Made by a program: the position numbers and the translations under genes. From Nanobdellota archaeon (GTDB lineage Archaea > Nanobdellota > Nanobdellia > Pacearchaeales > GW2011-AR1): DNA of 64,000 nucleotides. Below the pieces are notes generated by a model. That model ran no database searches. It saw only the letters and a list, made by a program, of their open reading frames with translations, and was not told the origin of the DNA. Positions 26,362-36,161 of the stretch are shown piece by piece; the first letter of the stretch is position 1; every line of letters starts with the position of its first letter. The stretch covers positions 19,226 through 83,225 of the forward strand of contig JAHIVP010000013.1 of assembly GCA_018816335.1 (NCBI GenBank), given 5' to 3'.

Positions 26362-26603
26362 GCACACTAAAACCTATAACAACAGAAAAAGCAGTAAAAC
26401 TAATAGAAATAGAAAATGTATTGATGTTTGAAGTAGATAGAAGGCTAAATAAATTAGAAATAAAAACACAAGTTGAAGAAGCTTTTAATGTTAAAGTTGA
26501 AACTGTTAGAACAATGATAAGACTAAACGCCAAAATAGCTTATGTAAAACTTAAAAAACAAAATCCAGCAATTGATGTTGCAACTAAACTAGGAATGATG
26601 TAA
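26358..26603 (+). CDS. rpl23: ribosomal protein uL23
   Basis: Sequence and position. Confidence 0.85.
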   Translation: MSTLKPITTEKAVKLIEIENVLMFEVDRRLNKLEIKTQVEEAFNVKVETVRTMIRLNAKIAYVKLKKQNPAIDVATKLGMM

Positions 26604-26604
26604 A

Positions 26605-27318
26605 ATGGGAAAAAGAATTATACAACAAAGACGAGGAAAAGGAGGATTAACTTATAGAGTTAGAGCCAGTGCTTTTCCGTTTAAATTAGGATACCCTCAA
26701 AAAATTGAAGGAGTTTGTAAAGTTGTAAAATTAGTGAACTCTCCAGGACATTCAGCTCCTCTTGCAAAAATCCAAATTAAAGGAATTACATTTTATAATA
26801 TTGCAAATTATGGATTAATTGAAGGACAAGACCTAGACTTAGGAGGAAACGAAATAAAAGATGGAAACATTTTACAATTATCAAATATTCCCCTTGGCTC
26901 AAAAGTATTTAATATAGAATCAACTCCTGGAGACGGTGGGAAATTATTAAGAGTTGGAGGAAGTTCAGCTAGAATTTCTAAAGTTGAAAAAAATGGAATT
27001 GGAGTAATGTTTCCATCAAAAAAAGAAAAAATATTCACCCCAGAATGTAGAGCAACAATAGGAACAGTTGCTGGAAGTGGAAGATTAGACAAACCTCTAT
27101 TCAAAGCAGGAAAAAACTTTCATATCAAGAAAGTCAGAGGAAAATTATACCCAAGAACATCAGCAGTTTGTATGAATGTTAATGACCATCCATTTGGGTC
27201 AGGTAGAGGAAAAAATCTAACTCACGGAACAAAAGGAAAAGTTCCTAAATTAAATGCACCTCCTGGAGCTAAGGTTGGAACACTAAGGCCTAGAAGAACA
27301 GGAAGGAAGAAAAGATGA
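26605..27318 (+). CDS. rpl2: ribosomal protein uL2
   Basis: HPFGSGRGKN (a variant of the HPHGGG motif). TGA stop. Confidence 0.9.
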   Translation: MGKRIIQQRRGKGGLTYRVRASAFPFKLGYPQKIEGVCKVVKLVNSPGHSAPLAKIQIKGITFYNIANYGLIEGQDLDLGGNEIKDGNILQLSNIPLGSKVFNIESTPGDGGKLLRVGGSSARISKVEKNGIGVMFPSKKEKIFTPECRATIGTVAGSGRLDKPLFKAGKNFHIKKVRGKLYPRTSAVCMNVNDHPFGSGRGKNLTHGTKGKVPKLNAPPGAKVGTLRPRRTGRKKR

Positions 27319-27431
27319 TAGCAACAAAACAAAATCACAAATTCAGGGGGAAAGTAAAAGACTTCAAAATATTTAATTTTGAAGTTCCTAAAATTTTTAA
27401 TTTTAGAAAAAACCGAGGAGGTTGTCTTTAA
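27315..27431 (+). repeat. copy 1 of a 117-nt repeated element carrying a 38-codon basic micro-ORF (MIATKQNHKFRGKVKDFKIFNFEVPKIFNFRKNRGGCL), two hairpins and a GGAGG Shine-Dalgarno sequence
   Basis: The ATG overlaps the rpl2 TGA (ATGA) and the TAA abuts the rps19 ATG. It contains a 10-bp perfect inverted repeat (ACTTCAAAAT/ATTTTGAAGT) and an 8-bp one (CTAAAATT/AATTTTAG). It is 95-98% identical to the copies at 29982 and 36158. Confidence 0.8.
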
Positions 27432-27836
27432 ATGGAAGAACAAGAATTTCACAAAAAAGAATTTATATTTAGAGGAAAAACTCTAGAAGAATTACAAAAA
27501 CTTGACACTCGTGAGTTTGCAAAATTCCTTAAATCAACCCAAAGAAGAGCAATATTAAGACAAACAGAGATTATAGAAATGTTTTTACAAAAATGTCAAA
27601 AAAGAATAGAAAAATCAAAAAATATCCTAACTCACAATAGATCAATTGTTATAGTCCCAAAATTAGTAGGATTAACAGTTCAAGTTTATTCAGGAAAACA
27701 ATATGTTCCAGTTAAAATAGAACAAGAAATGTTAGGACATAGATTAGGAGAGTTTGTACCTACAAGAACAAAAGTTCAACACGGAGCACCTGGAATTGGA
27801 GCAACTAAATCATCAGCAGCAATGAGTGTAAAATGA
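27432..27836 (+). CDS. rps19: ribosomal protein uS19
   Basis: Sequence and position. Confidence 0.9.
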   Translation: MEEQEFHKKEFIFRGKTLEELQKLDTREFAKFLKSTQRRAILRQTEIIEMFLQKCQKRIEKSKNILTHNRSIVIVPKLVGLTVQVYSGKQYVPVKIEQEMLGHRLGEFVPTRTKVQHGAPGIGATKSSAAMSVK

Positions 27837-28429
27837 TAGCAGAAGAAGAAAAAAATAAACCACAAGTGGAAGAGAAAAAACCAGAAGTAACAAAACCAGT
27901 TACAACACCAAAATCTGAAGATAAAATAAAAACTGAAGATAAAAAAGAACAACCTGAAGAAAAAGAAACTAAAGATAAAAAGTCAGACAAAAAACCAGAA
28001 AAGAAAATAGAAAAAAAAGACAAAGGAGAAGTTAATGTTCATGCTCAACATATATCAACAAAACATGCAATTGCTATCTGTAAATTTATCTTAAAAAAAC
28101 AACCATTCTTAGCAGTAAACCAATTAGAAGAAGTAGTTAAGATGAAAAGAGCAATTCCAATGAGAGGAGAAATACCTCATAGAAAAGGAATGATGTCAGG
28201 AAGATACCCTATAAACGCAGCAAAGATTTTCATTAAATTAATTAAACAGCTGCAAGCTAATGCTGAAGTTAATGGTTTAGAAGAACCAATAATCATCTCA
28301 AAAGCAATGCCAAATGTTGCAGCTCGTCCAATGAGAAGATTTGGATCTAGAAGATTTAAAAGAACAAATATCCAATTAGTAGCAATAGAAAAGAAACCAT
28401 CTCAAAAAAACAAGGGGGGGAAAAAGTAA
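27833..28429 (+). CDS. rpl22: ribosomal protein uL22 with a K/E-rich N-terminal extension of about 60 aa
   Basis: L22 core (HAQHISTKHAIAICKFI...). The start ATGATAGCAG overlaps the rps19 TGA. Confidence 0.85.
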   Translation: MIAEEEKNKPQVEEKKPEVTKPVTTPKSEDKIKTEDKKEQPEEKETKDKKSDKKPEKKIEKKDKGEVNVHAQHISTKHAIAICKFILKKQPFLAVNQLEEVVKMKRAIPMRGEIPHRKGMMSGRYPINAAKIFIKLIKQLQANAEVNGLEEPIIISKAMPNVAARPMRRFGSRRFKRTNIQLVAIEKKPSQKNKGGKK

Positions 28430-28430
28430 A

Positions 28431-29153
28431 ATGGAAGAAAGAAAATTTGTACAAATGAAAAAAGAAGAACTAGGAGTTAAAGAGTACATCAAATCTAATT
28501 TAGGAAAAGGTAAAATCTCTACAGTTCAAATAGAATATACTCCAATTGGGGAGAAGATTATAGTTTCAACTACAAAACCAGGATTTGTAATTGGAAAAAG
28601 AGGAGAAAAAATAAATGAACTTACAGATATACTTAAAAAAAGATTTAATTTAGAAAATCCTCATATTGAAATCCAAGAAATATTAAACCCGGACTTTGAT
28701 GCACAAAATGTTGCTGATGATTTGGCATTAGCCTTAGAAAGAATGGGAAATCTAAAATTCAAAGTCATCGCTTATAGGGCAATAGATAGAATAATGAAAT
28801 CTGGAGCACTAGGAGTTGAAATAGTAATGTCAGGAAAACTTCCTAGCAAAAGAGCAAAAACTTGGAGATTTGCACAAGGATACCTAAAGAAAACAGGAGA
28901 CACAGCAAAAGTTGTAAACAAAGCTCAGGCTATTTCACAAACACAACCTGGTGTAACAGGAATAAAAGTATCAATTTTACCCCCAGACGCAAAAATAGAA
29001 GATAGAATAATCATAGATGACAAAATAAGAGCAAAAATAAATCAAGATCTCAGTTTACTGCAGGGAGAAAGTCCACAGCAAAGCGAGAAATCGCACAGCA
29101 CTAATAAATCTGAGAAAAAAATTAAAAAAGCAAATGACAATCCTAAAAAATAA
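28431..29153 (+). CDS. rps3: ribosomal protein uS3 (KH domain)
   Basis: KH motif GFVIGKRGEKINEL. Confidence 0.9.
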   Translation: MEERKFVQMKKEELGVKEYIKSNLGKGKISTVQIEYTPIGEKIIVSTTKPGFVIGKRGEKINELTDILKKRFNLENPHIEIQEILNPDFDAQNVADDLALALERMGNLKFKVIAYRAIDRIMKSGALGVEIVMSGKLPSKRAKTWRFAQGYLKKTGDTAKVVNKAQAISQTQPGVTGIKVSILPPDAKIEDRIIIDDKIRAKINQDLSLLQGESPQQSEKSHSTNKSEKKIKKANDNPKK

Positions 29154-29334
29154 AGACGCAAAGAAAATGGAAACTAAAGAAATAGAATCTAAACTTAAAG
29201 AATTAAAAATGGAACTAATAAAGAAAAACGTAGCAGCAAACAAATCTTCAAAGATTAAATCAAAGGAAATTAAAAAAGCAATAGCTAGATTACTAACACA
29301 ACTTAAAATTAAATCAACTAAAGCTAAAAAATAA
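29134..29334 (+). CDS. rpl29: ribosomal protein uL29
   Basis: Sequence and position. Confidence 0.8.
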   Translation: MTILKNKDAKKMETKEIESKLKELKMELIKKNVAANKSSKIKSKEIKKAIARLLTQLKIKSTKAKK

Positions 29335-29335
29335 A

Positions 29336-29635
29336 ATGGATATATGCCCAAAATGTGGTCTTCCACAACACGCTTGTGTATGTGAAGAAATCGCAAAACA
29401 AGAACAGAAAATCAACATAGGGTTGGTTAAAAGAAAATACGGAAAATACTCCACAGTTGTAAGTGGATTTGGAAACGACGTAAACATAAAAGACATTGCG
29501 AAAGAACTAAAAAGCGAACTAGCATGTGGAGGAACAGTTAAAAACAACGCAATTGAACTACAAGGAGACCATAAGAAAGCTGTAACACCAATCTTGATAA
29601 GATTAGGTTTTTCAGAAGATTCAATTACACAATAA
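29336..29635 (+). CDS. translation initiation factor SUI1/aIF1 with an N-terminal zinc ribbon
   Basis: CPKCGLPQHACVC, followed by a SUI1 fold (TVVSGFGNDVNIKDIAKELK...GGTVKNNAIELQGDH). Confidence 0.8.
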   Translation: MDICPKCGLPQHACVCEEIAKQEQKINIGLVKRKYGKYSTVVSGFGNDVNIKDIAKELKSELACGGTVKNNAIELQGDHKKAVTPILIRLGFSEDSITQ

Positions 29636-29637
29636 AA

Positions 29638-29985
29638 ATGGAAAAACAAACAAAAAACAAGAAAAACATAGCTGAACCTAGCTGCGACGATCCACACTGC
29701 CCTTTTCACGGAAAATTATCAGCCCGAGGAAGAACATTCCAAGGAGTTGTTATTAAAAAATTCCCAAAAAGACTAACAATTCAATTTGAAAGAACAATCT
29801 ATTTAAAAAAATATGAAAGATACATGAAAAAAAAATCAAAACTTCATGCAAGAATCTCAAAGTGCATGGAAGACAAGATTGACCTTGGAGACTATATACA
29901 AATCCAAGAATGTAGACCTCTATCAAAGATTATACATTTTGTTGTAATTAAATTAATCAGGAAGAAAGAAGAAAAAGGAAAATGA
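29638..29985 (+). CDS. rps17: ribosomal protein uS17
   Basis: Sequence and position. Confidence 0.85.
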   Translation: MEKQTKNKKNIAEPSCDDPHCPFHGKLSARGRTFQGVVIKKFPKRLTIQFERTIYLKKYERYMKKKSKLHARISKCMEDKIDLGDYIQIQECRPLSKIIHFVVIKLIRKKEEKGK

Positions 29986-30098
29986 TAGCAGCAAAGCATA
30001 ATCACAAATTCAGAGGGAAAGTAAAAGACTTCAAAATATTCAATTTTGAAGTTCCTAAAATTTTTAATTTTAGAAAAAACCGAGGAGGTTATCTTTAA
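29982..30098 (+). repeat. copy 2 of the 117-nt micro-ORF element (MIAAKHNHKFRGKVKDFKIFNFEVPKIFNFRKNRGGYL)
   Basis: Same architecture as copy 1. The ATG overlaps the rps17 TGA and the TAA abuts the rpl14 ATG. Confidence 0.8.
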
Positions 30099-30500
30099 AT
30101 GAAAGGAATATCCGCAAAACCAACAAGAGCATTAAACATTGGTAGTTTAGTAAACGCTGCAGATAATTCAGGAGCAAGAATTGTTAAAATAGTATCTATT
30201 AAACACGGAAAAACAAGAAAAGGAAGACAAGGATATGCAAAACTTGCAGACTGGGTAAAAGTATCAGTAAGAAAAGGAAACCCTAAAATGAAAGGAGAAG
30301 TTTTTGATGCAGTTGTTGTTAGACAAAGAAGAATATGGAGAAGAAACTCAGGTGAAAGAGTAGCATTCACAGACAATGCTGTTGCTTTATTAAAAGATCT
30401 TAAAGGAAATCCAAAAGGCACACAAATCAAAGGCCCAATTGCAAGAGAAGTTCAAGAACGATGGAAGGAGGTAGCTAAAATAGCTAGTATTGTAGTATAA
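30099..30500 (+). CDS. rpl14: ribosomal protein uL14
   Basis: Sequence. Confidence 0.9.
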   Translation: MKGISAKPTRALNIGSLVNAADNSGARIVKIVSIKHGKTRKGRQGYAKLADWVKVSVRKGNPKMKGEVFDAVVVRQRRIWRRNSGERVAFTDNAVALLKDLKGNPKGTQIKGPIAREVQERWKEVAKIASIVV

Positions 30501-30507
30501 ACATAAA

Positions 30508-30936
30508 ATGAAACAAAAATTCTCAACTTCATGGAAATCAAGCAAACAACCTAGAAAGCAAAGAAAATTCAGAGCTAACGCTCCAATCCATATAGCAAGA
30601 AAATTCATGGCAGCAAATTTATCTAAAGACTTAAGAAAAAAACATGAAAGAAGAAGCTTCCCAATAAAAAAAGGAGATACAGTTAAAATTATGAGAGGTA
30701 AGTTCACTAAGAAAACAGGAAAAATCGCCTCTGTTTCAATAAAAAGACAAAGAGTTTCAATTGAAGGAATGCAATCAAAAAAACTAGACGGAACATCTGT
30801 AAATGTCTGGTTCAATCCATCAAATCTTCAAATTACAGATATAAACTTAGATGACAAAAAAAGATTAAATTCAATAAATAAAAAACTAAAATCAGAAAAC
30901 ACTGAGGAAACAAAAAATGCACCTGAAAAGAAATAA
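30508..30936 (+). CDS. rpl24: ribosomal protein uL24 (KOW)
   Basis: KOW motif KKGDTVKIMRGKF. Confidence 0.85.
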   Translation: MKQKFSTSWKSSKQPRKQRKFRANAPIHIARKFMAANLSKDLRKKHERRSFPIKKGDTVKIMRGKFTKKTGKIASVSIKRQRVSIEGMQSKKLDGTSVNVWFNPSNLQITDINLDDKKRLNSINKKLKSENTEETKNAPEKK

Positions 30937-31561
30937 AGTACCAAGAAGATGGGCAATTCCTAGAAAAGGAACAAAATTCGTAGTCCAACCTAATGATAAT
31001 AGAAAGAATGGAATTTCAATACTTATAGTTATGAGAGACATGTTAAAAATCGCAAAAACAAGAAAAGAAGCCAAAGCAATAATCCATAATAAAGATATTT
31101 TAGTAAATAATAAAACAGTTACAGACGAAAAGTTTTCTGTTTCTCTTTTTGATAAAATAAATCTAAAATCTTCAAAAAAATTCTACAATGTTTTATATGG
31201 CAAAAGAAAAATAATATTAAAAGAAATCCCTGAATCTGAAGCCAAATCAAAAATACTCAAAATAGTAAATAAAACAATATTAGGAAAAGATAAATTCCAG
31301 ATAAATTTAAGTGATGGAAGAAATTTCTTAACAAAAGAAAAATATTCTGTTGGAGATTCTATAACTTTTGAGATAAACGAGAATAAGATAGGAAAAACAA
31401 TCCCTATTAAAAAAGGTTCTGAAGTTATTATTATTAGTGGAAAGCACTTAGGAAAAATAGGAAAAATACATGACATGGATGAAGATGGAAAATCAGCAAT
31501 AGTTGAACAAGAAGATTCAAAAATAAATATCAACCTAAAAAATTTAATAGTAACAAAATGA
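30917..31561 (+). CDS. rps4e: ribosomal protein eS4 (S4e)
   Basis: Sequence. Confidence 0.85.
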   Translation: MHLKRNKVPRRWAIPRKGTKFVVQPNDNRKNGISILIVMRDMLKIAKTRKEAKAIIHNKDILVNNKTVTDEKFSVSLFDKINLKSSKKFYNVLYGKRKIILKEIPESEAKSKILKIVNKTILGKDKFQINLSDGRNFLTKEKYSVGDSITFEINENKIGKTIPIKKGSEVIIISGKHLGKIGKIHDMDEDGKSAIVEQEDSKININLKNLIVTK

Positions 31562-32112
31562 TACAACAAGAACAAGTACAAGTAGAGAAACAAGTAGAAA
31601 AGAAAACAATCCCAATAAAGATAGAAAAAATAGTTTTAAACATAGGTGCTGTAGCAGAAGATTTAGAAAAAGGATTTAAATTACTTAAATTAATTTCAGA
31701 AGCAACACCAGTAAAAACAAAATCAACAAAAAGAATTCCTGCTTTTGGTGTTCGTCCTGGTTTAGAAACAGGATGCAAAGTTACATTAAGAAAAAAGAAA
31801 ATTGAAATTCTAAAGAGATTATTTGTTTCAGTTGATAATACTATCAAAGAAAATCAAATACAAGATAACCATTTTTCATTTGGTATTCACGAATATATTG
31901 AAATTCCTGGAATTGAGTATCAAAGAGAAATTGGAATAATGGGATTTGATGTAACTGTTGTATTTTCAAAACCAGGAAAAAGAGTTATGTATAAAAAAAT
32001 GAAAAAAGGAAAATTCCCAAAAAGACAATATGTCACAAAACAAGAAATAATAGATTACTTAAAACAAACTTACAAGCTAAATATCATTCCTTCAAGGAGA
32101 AAGAAAAAATAA
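31558..32112 (+). CDS. rpl5: ribosomal protein uL5
   Basis: Sequence. Confidence 0.85.
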   Translation: MIQQEQVQVEKQVEKKTIPIKIEKIVLNIGAVAEDLEKGFKLLKLISEATPVKTKSTKRIPAFGVRPGLETGCKVTLRKKKIEILKRLFVSVDNTIKENQIQDNHFSFGIHEYIEIPGIEYQREIGIMGFDVTVVFSKPGKRVMYKKMKKGKFPKRQYVTKQEIIDYLKQTYKLNIIPSRRKKK

Positions 32113-32113
32113 A

Positions 32114-32344
32114 ATGACAGCAAGTGATTGGAATAAAATAATGAAGCAATTAACAAAAAAGCCAGCAAAGCAACAGAAATTTCTTAAGCACAATAAACCT
32201 AACGATAGGAAATTTGGAGTTGCTGCAAGAAAATGTGAAAGATGCGGCCGTTTCGGAGCCCACATTAGATCATACGGATTAAATTTATGCCGACACTGTT
32301 TCAGAGAAATAGCAGTAGAACTCGGATTTAATAAATATTCATAA
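32114..32344 (+). CDS. rps14: ribosomal protein uS14 (zinc type)
   Basis: CERCGR...CRHCFRE. Confidence 0.85.
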   Translation: MTASDWNKIMKQLTKKPAKQQKFLKHNKPNDRKFGVAARKCERCGRFGAHIRSYGLNLCRHCFREIAVELGFNKYS

Positions 32345-32352
32345 AAAATAAA

Positions 32353-32727
32353 ATGTCACAAGATATAACAGCAGATGCATTAAATCAAATAATGAATGCC
32401 AAAAAAGCAGGCAAAGAATCACTCAACCTAGCTAGACATTCAAAACTTTTAGAAAGCGTTTTGAAAATAGCAAAAGAACATAACTATATTGAAGAATTCA
32501 AAATTGAAGATGAAATTCTAACAATTAAAATAGGAAAATTAAACAAATGTCAAGCAATAAAACCAAGATATTATGTTAAAAAAGAAGGAATCGACAAATA
32601 CATTAGAAGATATCTTCCAGCAAGAGATTTTGGAATAATAATTGTTTCAACAAATAAAGGATTAATGACAAATATTGAATTACACGAAGAAAAAATCGGA
32701 GGAAGCGTAATAGCTTATTTCTATTAA
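32353..32727 (+). CDS. rps8: ribosomal protein uS8
   Basis: Sequence. Confidence 0.85.
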   Translation: MSQDITADALNQIMNAKKAGKESLNLARHSKLLESVLKIAKEHNYIEEFKIEDEILTIKIGKLNKCQAIKPRYYVKKEGIDKYIRRYLPARDFGIIIVSTNKGLMTNIELHEEKIGGSVIAYFY

Positions 32728-32728
32728 A

Positions 32729-33265
32729 ATGAAACGAGACATATTAGAATCAGTTGAAATTCCAGAAGGAATAGAAGTAGAATTAGATAAAAACAAAATT
32801 ACAATCAAAAACAAAGATGTAACTCTAACAAAACAAATTATAAACCTTCCAATTAAAATAAAAGACAATAAGATAATATTTGAAAAAAAGAATGCTAATA
32901 AAAATGATAAAAAAATAATAAAAACTTTTTTAGTTCATATGAAAAATATGATACAAGGTGTTCAAGAAAAATTCACCTATAAACTTCAAATAGCTTCTTC
33001 TCATTTCCCAATTACAGTTGAAAAAAATAATAATCTAATTATAATCAAAAATTTTCTAGGAGAAAGAAAAGATCGTATATCTAAAATACTCGAAGATGTT
33101 GATGTTAAAATTGAAGGTGAGTTCATAACAATAGAATCTAATAATAAAGAATCAGCAGGACAAACTGCAGCTAATCTTGAAACTGCAACTAAAATAAGAA
33201 ACAGAGATAGAAGAAGATTTCAAGACGGAATATATATAACTGATAAAGCAGGCAAGGAGATCTAA
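32729..33265 (+). CDS. rpl6: ribosomal protein uL6
   Basis: Sequence. Confidence 0.85.
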   Translation: MKRDILESVEIPEGIEVELDKNKITIKNKDVTLTKQIINLPIKIKDNKIIFEKKNANKNDKKIIKTFLVHMKNMIQGVQEKFTYKLQIASSHFPITVEKNNNLIIIKNFLGERKDRISKILEDVDVKIEGEFITIESNNKESAGQTAANLETATKIRNRDRRRFQDGIYITDKAGKEI

Positions 33266-33266
33266 A

Positions 33267-33653
33267 ATGAGAAAATACACAAGAAGAAACACAAATGAAT
33301 TATTAAGATTAGGTAAAAAAAATAAAAAACTTAGAAAGTGGAGACGGCCAAGAGGAAGAGATAACAAAATGAGAGAAAGAGTAAAAAACAGACAGAAACG
33401 ACCAGAAATTGGAAGCAGAAAAACAAAAAATGAACAAGGAAAAGTTAGAGGAAAAACTCCAATGTTAATTAAAACAATAAATGATTTAAAAAAAATCAAA
33501 AAGGAAAACATTGCAATTTTAGCAAAAGTAGGATTCAAAACAAAAAACAAAATAGCTCAAGAAGCAAAAAAACTAAACATTCAATTTTCAAATTTTGATG
33601 TATTCAAATTTTTAACTAAACAAGAACCTGAGAAAACAGAAGATAAAAAATGA
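33267..33653 (+). CDS. rpl32e: ribosomal protein eL32 (L32e)
   Basis: Sequence. Confidence 0.8.
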   Translation: MRKYTRRNTNELLRLGKKNKKLRKWRRPRGRDNKMRERVKNRQKRPEIGSRKTKNEQGKVRGKTPMLIKTINDLKKIKKENIAILAKVGFKTKNKIAQEAKKLNIQFSNFDVFKFLTKQEPEKTEDKK

Positions 33654-34045
33654 ATTTAAGAAGAAAAAAAATATTAGCTGCAAAAAAACTAGGAGTTGGA
33701 AAAAACAAAATAAAATTCGATTCTGATAGTTTAAACGAGATTAAAGAAGCAATTACTTCATTAGATATTAAAGATCTTAAAAATAGTAATGCAATAACAA
33801 TCAAAGAAAAAAAAGGCAGAAAAAAAATAACAAAAAGAAAAACAAAAGTAAGACAAGGAAAAATCAAAAAAAATGTTAATACAAGAAAGAGAGACTATGT
33901 AAATTTAACAAGAAAACTAAGAACATTTGCAAAATCTCTAAAAAAACAAGGAAAAGTTACTAGGGATGAATATATAGATATAAGAAAAAAAATCAAATCA
34001 AAATTATATAAAAGTAAGGCTCACCTTAAGGAAAATTTAAAATGA
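33650..34045 (+). CDS. rpl19e: ribosomal protein eL19 (L19e)
   Basis: Sequence. Confidence 0.8.
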   Translation: MNLRRKKILAAKKLGVGKNKIKFDSDSLNEIKEAITSLDIKDLKNSNAITIKEKKGRKKITKRKTKVRQGKIKKNVNTRKRDYVNLTRKLRTFAKSLKKQGKVTRDEYIDIRKKIKSKLYKSKAHLKENLK

Positions 34046-34509
34046 AGATAATACCCAAGCGAAGAAGAAGAGAACAAAAAACTGATTATAAAACTAGATT
34101 GAATCTTTTAAAATCTGGATTAACAAGAATAGTATTTAGAAAATCAAATAAATATATTATTGGTCAAGTAGTTAAAAGCAGTAATGCTCAAGACAAAATA
34201 ATTTTTACATTTAATTCTAAATATCTCTTAAAAAATGGTTGGCCTGAAAATAAAAAAGGCAGCCTAAAATCATTACCTGCTGCTTATCTAACAGGATATT
34301 TCCTAGGAAAAGAATCAAAAGTCCAAGAAAATGTTATATTAGATATTGGAATGATTAGAAACATTCCTAACTCTAAACCTTTTGCTTTTCTAAAAGGATT
34401 AGTTGATGCTGGAGTCAAAATAAACCATAATAAAGAAGCTCTTCCAGATGATAAACTAATAAGAAAAGATAAAGAACTTTCTGAAATAATAGATAAATTA
34501 ATAAAATAA
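34042..34509 (+). CDS. rpl18: ribosomal protein uL18
   Basis: Sequence. Confidence 0.8.
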   Translation: MKIIPKRRRREQKTDYKTRLNLLKSGLTRIVFRKSNKYIIGQVVKSSNAQDKIIFTFNSKYLLKNGWPENKKGSLKSLPAAYLTGYFLGKESKVQENVILDIGMIRNIPNSKPFAFLKGLVDAGVKINHNKEALPDDKLIRKDKELSEIIDKLIK

Positions 34510-34514
34510 CAATA

Positions 34515-35261
34515 ATGGAAAAAAAATCAAATCAACAATATAGGAAAAATTCTAGAGCACCTTTTGATAGAAGAAAACATGGAGAAATGTCTTATGCAGA
34601 AAAGAGAGAAGCTGATAAAGTAGACAAATTATCTAGTTGGGTTCCAAAAACAAAACTAGGAAAACTTGTAAAAGCAAAAAAAATAACAAATATTGATGAA
34701 GTTATAGAAAAATATAAAATTCTTGAATCTGAAATTGTGGATTTATTAATCAAACTAAAAGAAGACATTCTTAATATTGGACAAGCTAAAGGAAAGTTTG
34801 GTGGAGGAAAAAGAAGAATATGGAGACAAACTCAAAAGAAAACAAAAGAAGGAAATGTTGCAACCTTCTCAACTATGGTAGTTGTTGGAGATGAAAACGG
34901 ACATGTTGGATTAGGATATGGAAGAGCTAAAGAAACACTACCTGCTCGAGAAAAATCTTTAAAAAAAGCTAAGTTAAATATAATAAAAATTGAAAGAGGA
35001 TGTGGAAGCTTTGATTGTGCATGCAGTGAATCTCATACTGTTCCATTAAAAGTTGAAGGAAAATGTGGAAGCACAAGAGTTATATTAACTCCAGCCCCAC
35101 AAGGAACAGGACTAGCAATCGGAGATGAACTTAAAAAGATATTAAAATTAGCAGGAATAACAGATGTTTATGGAAAAACTTTTGGACATAAAAGAACAAC
35201 ACTAAATTTAGCTAAGGCTTGTATGATAGCTCTTAAAAAAACAACTCAATTTGAAAAATGA
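34515..35261 (+). CDS. rps5: ribosomal protein uS5
   Basis: Sequence. Confidence 0.85.
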   Translation: MEKKSNQQYRKNSRAPFDRRKHGEMSYAEKREADKVDKLSSWVPKTKLGKLVKAKKITNIDEVIEKYKILESEIVDLLIKLKEDILNIGQAKGKFGGGKRRIWRQTQKKTKEGNVATFSTMVVVGDENGHVGLGYGRAKETLPAREKSLKKAKLNIIKIERGCGSFDCACSESHTVPLKVEGKCGSTRVILTPAPQGTGLAIGDELKKILKLAGITDVYGKTFGHKRTTLNLAKACMIALKKTTQFEK

Positions 35262-35698
35262 ATAAAGAATCATCTAATAATCTAATCGTAGCAATAAGAA
35301 TAAAAGGAATGCTAAAATTAAATACTCAATTTAAAGAAACTTTACATAGATTAAGACTTCGAAGAAAATACGCATGTGTACTTATCAACCCTACTAAAGA
35401 AAGTTTAGGAATGATAAATAAAGTAAAACAAATGATAGCATTTGGAAATATTGATGATAAAACTTTATTAGAACTTATTGAAAAAAGAGGACAACCAATA
35501 GACAAATCAGTAAAAATTGATCCTAAAGCAGCAGCAGAAGCAATAAAAAAAGGAGAAAACTCACAAGATTATAATCTTAAACCATTTTTTAGATTACACC
35601 CCCCACGAAAAGGTATAAAATCTAAAGAACCTTATCCTAAAGGAGTACTAGGAAACCATAAAGAAAAAATAAATGACTTAATCAAGAGGATGTTGTAG
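35258..35698 (+). CDS. rpl30: ribosomal protein uL30
   Basis: Sequence. Confidence 0.8.
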   Translation: MNKESSNNLIVAIRIKGMLKLNTQFKETLHRLRLRRKYACVLINPTKESLGMINKVKQMIAFGNIDDKTLLELIEKRGQPIDKSVKIDPKAAAEAIKKGENSQDYNLKPFFRLHPPRKGIKSKEPYPKGVLGNHKEKINDLIKRML

Positions 35699-35699
35699 A

Positions 35700-36161
35700 A
35701 TGGAAAATAATCAAAAAGAAACACAAAACCCTACAAATATTGAAGATTTAAAAAAAGGAAGATTCATAGTAAATACTTCAGCTATAATTTTTGATACTAA
35801 AACAAAAAAGATTTTAATTGGAAAAAGAAAAGACGACCCATTTATTAAAGATATGACTTGGTGTTTTCCTTGTGGTAGACCAACTAAAAAAGATACTCTT
35901 GAACAAGCATTAAAAAGAGAAGTGAAAATAAAAACCGGATTAGAAATAGAAAGCTTAGGTCCTATATTTGTTAGAATAGTAGAATACAATCCAGAATTTT
36001 TATCAATTTTTTATTTATGTGAAGTTACTGGAGGAGAATTAAAAGCAGGTGAAAAATTAGTAGAAGTAAAATGGGTTAATCCAGAAGACCTTGAAAAAGA
36101 ATTCACAACACCTCTTGATCCTAAATTAAAAGAATACATAATGGGGTTGAAAGCACAATGA
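35700..36161 (+). CDS. NUDIX-fold protein with a degenerate Nudix box, inserted between rpl30 and rpl15
   Basis: GRPTKKDTLEQALKREVKIKTGL partially matches G-x5-E-x7-REUxEExGU, with D in place of the first E and IK in place of EE. Confidence 0.6.
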   Translation: MENNQKETQNPTNIEDLKKGRFIVNTSAIIFDTKTKKILIGKRKDDPFIKDMTWCFPCGRPTKKDTLEQALKREVKIKTGLEIESLGPIFVRIVEYNPEFLSIFYLCEVTGGELKAGEKLVEVKWVNPEDLEKEFTTPLDPKLKEYIMGLKAQ

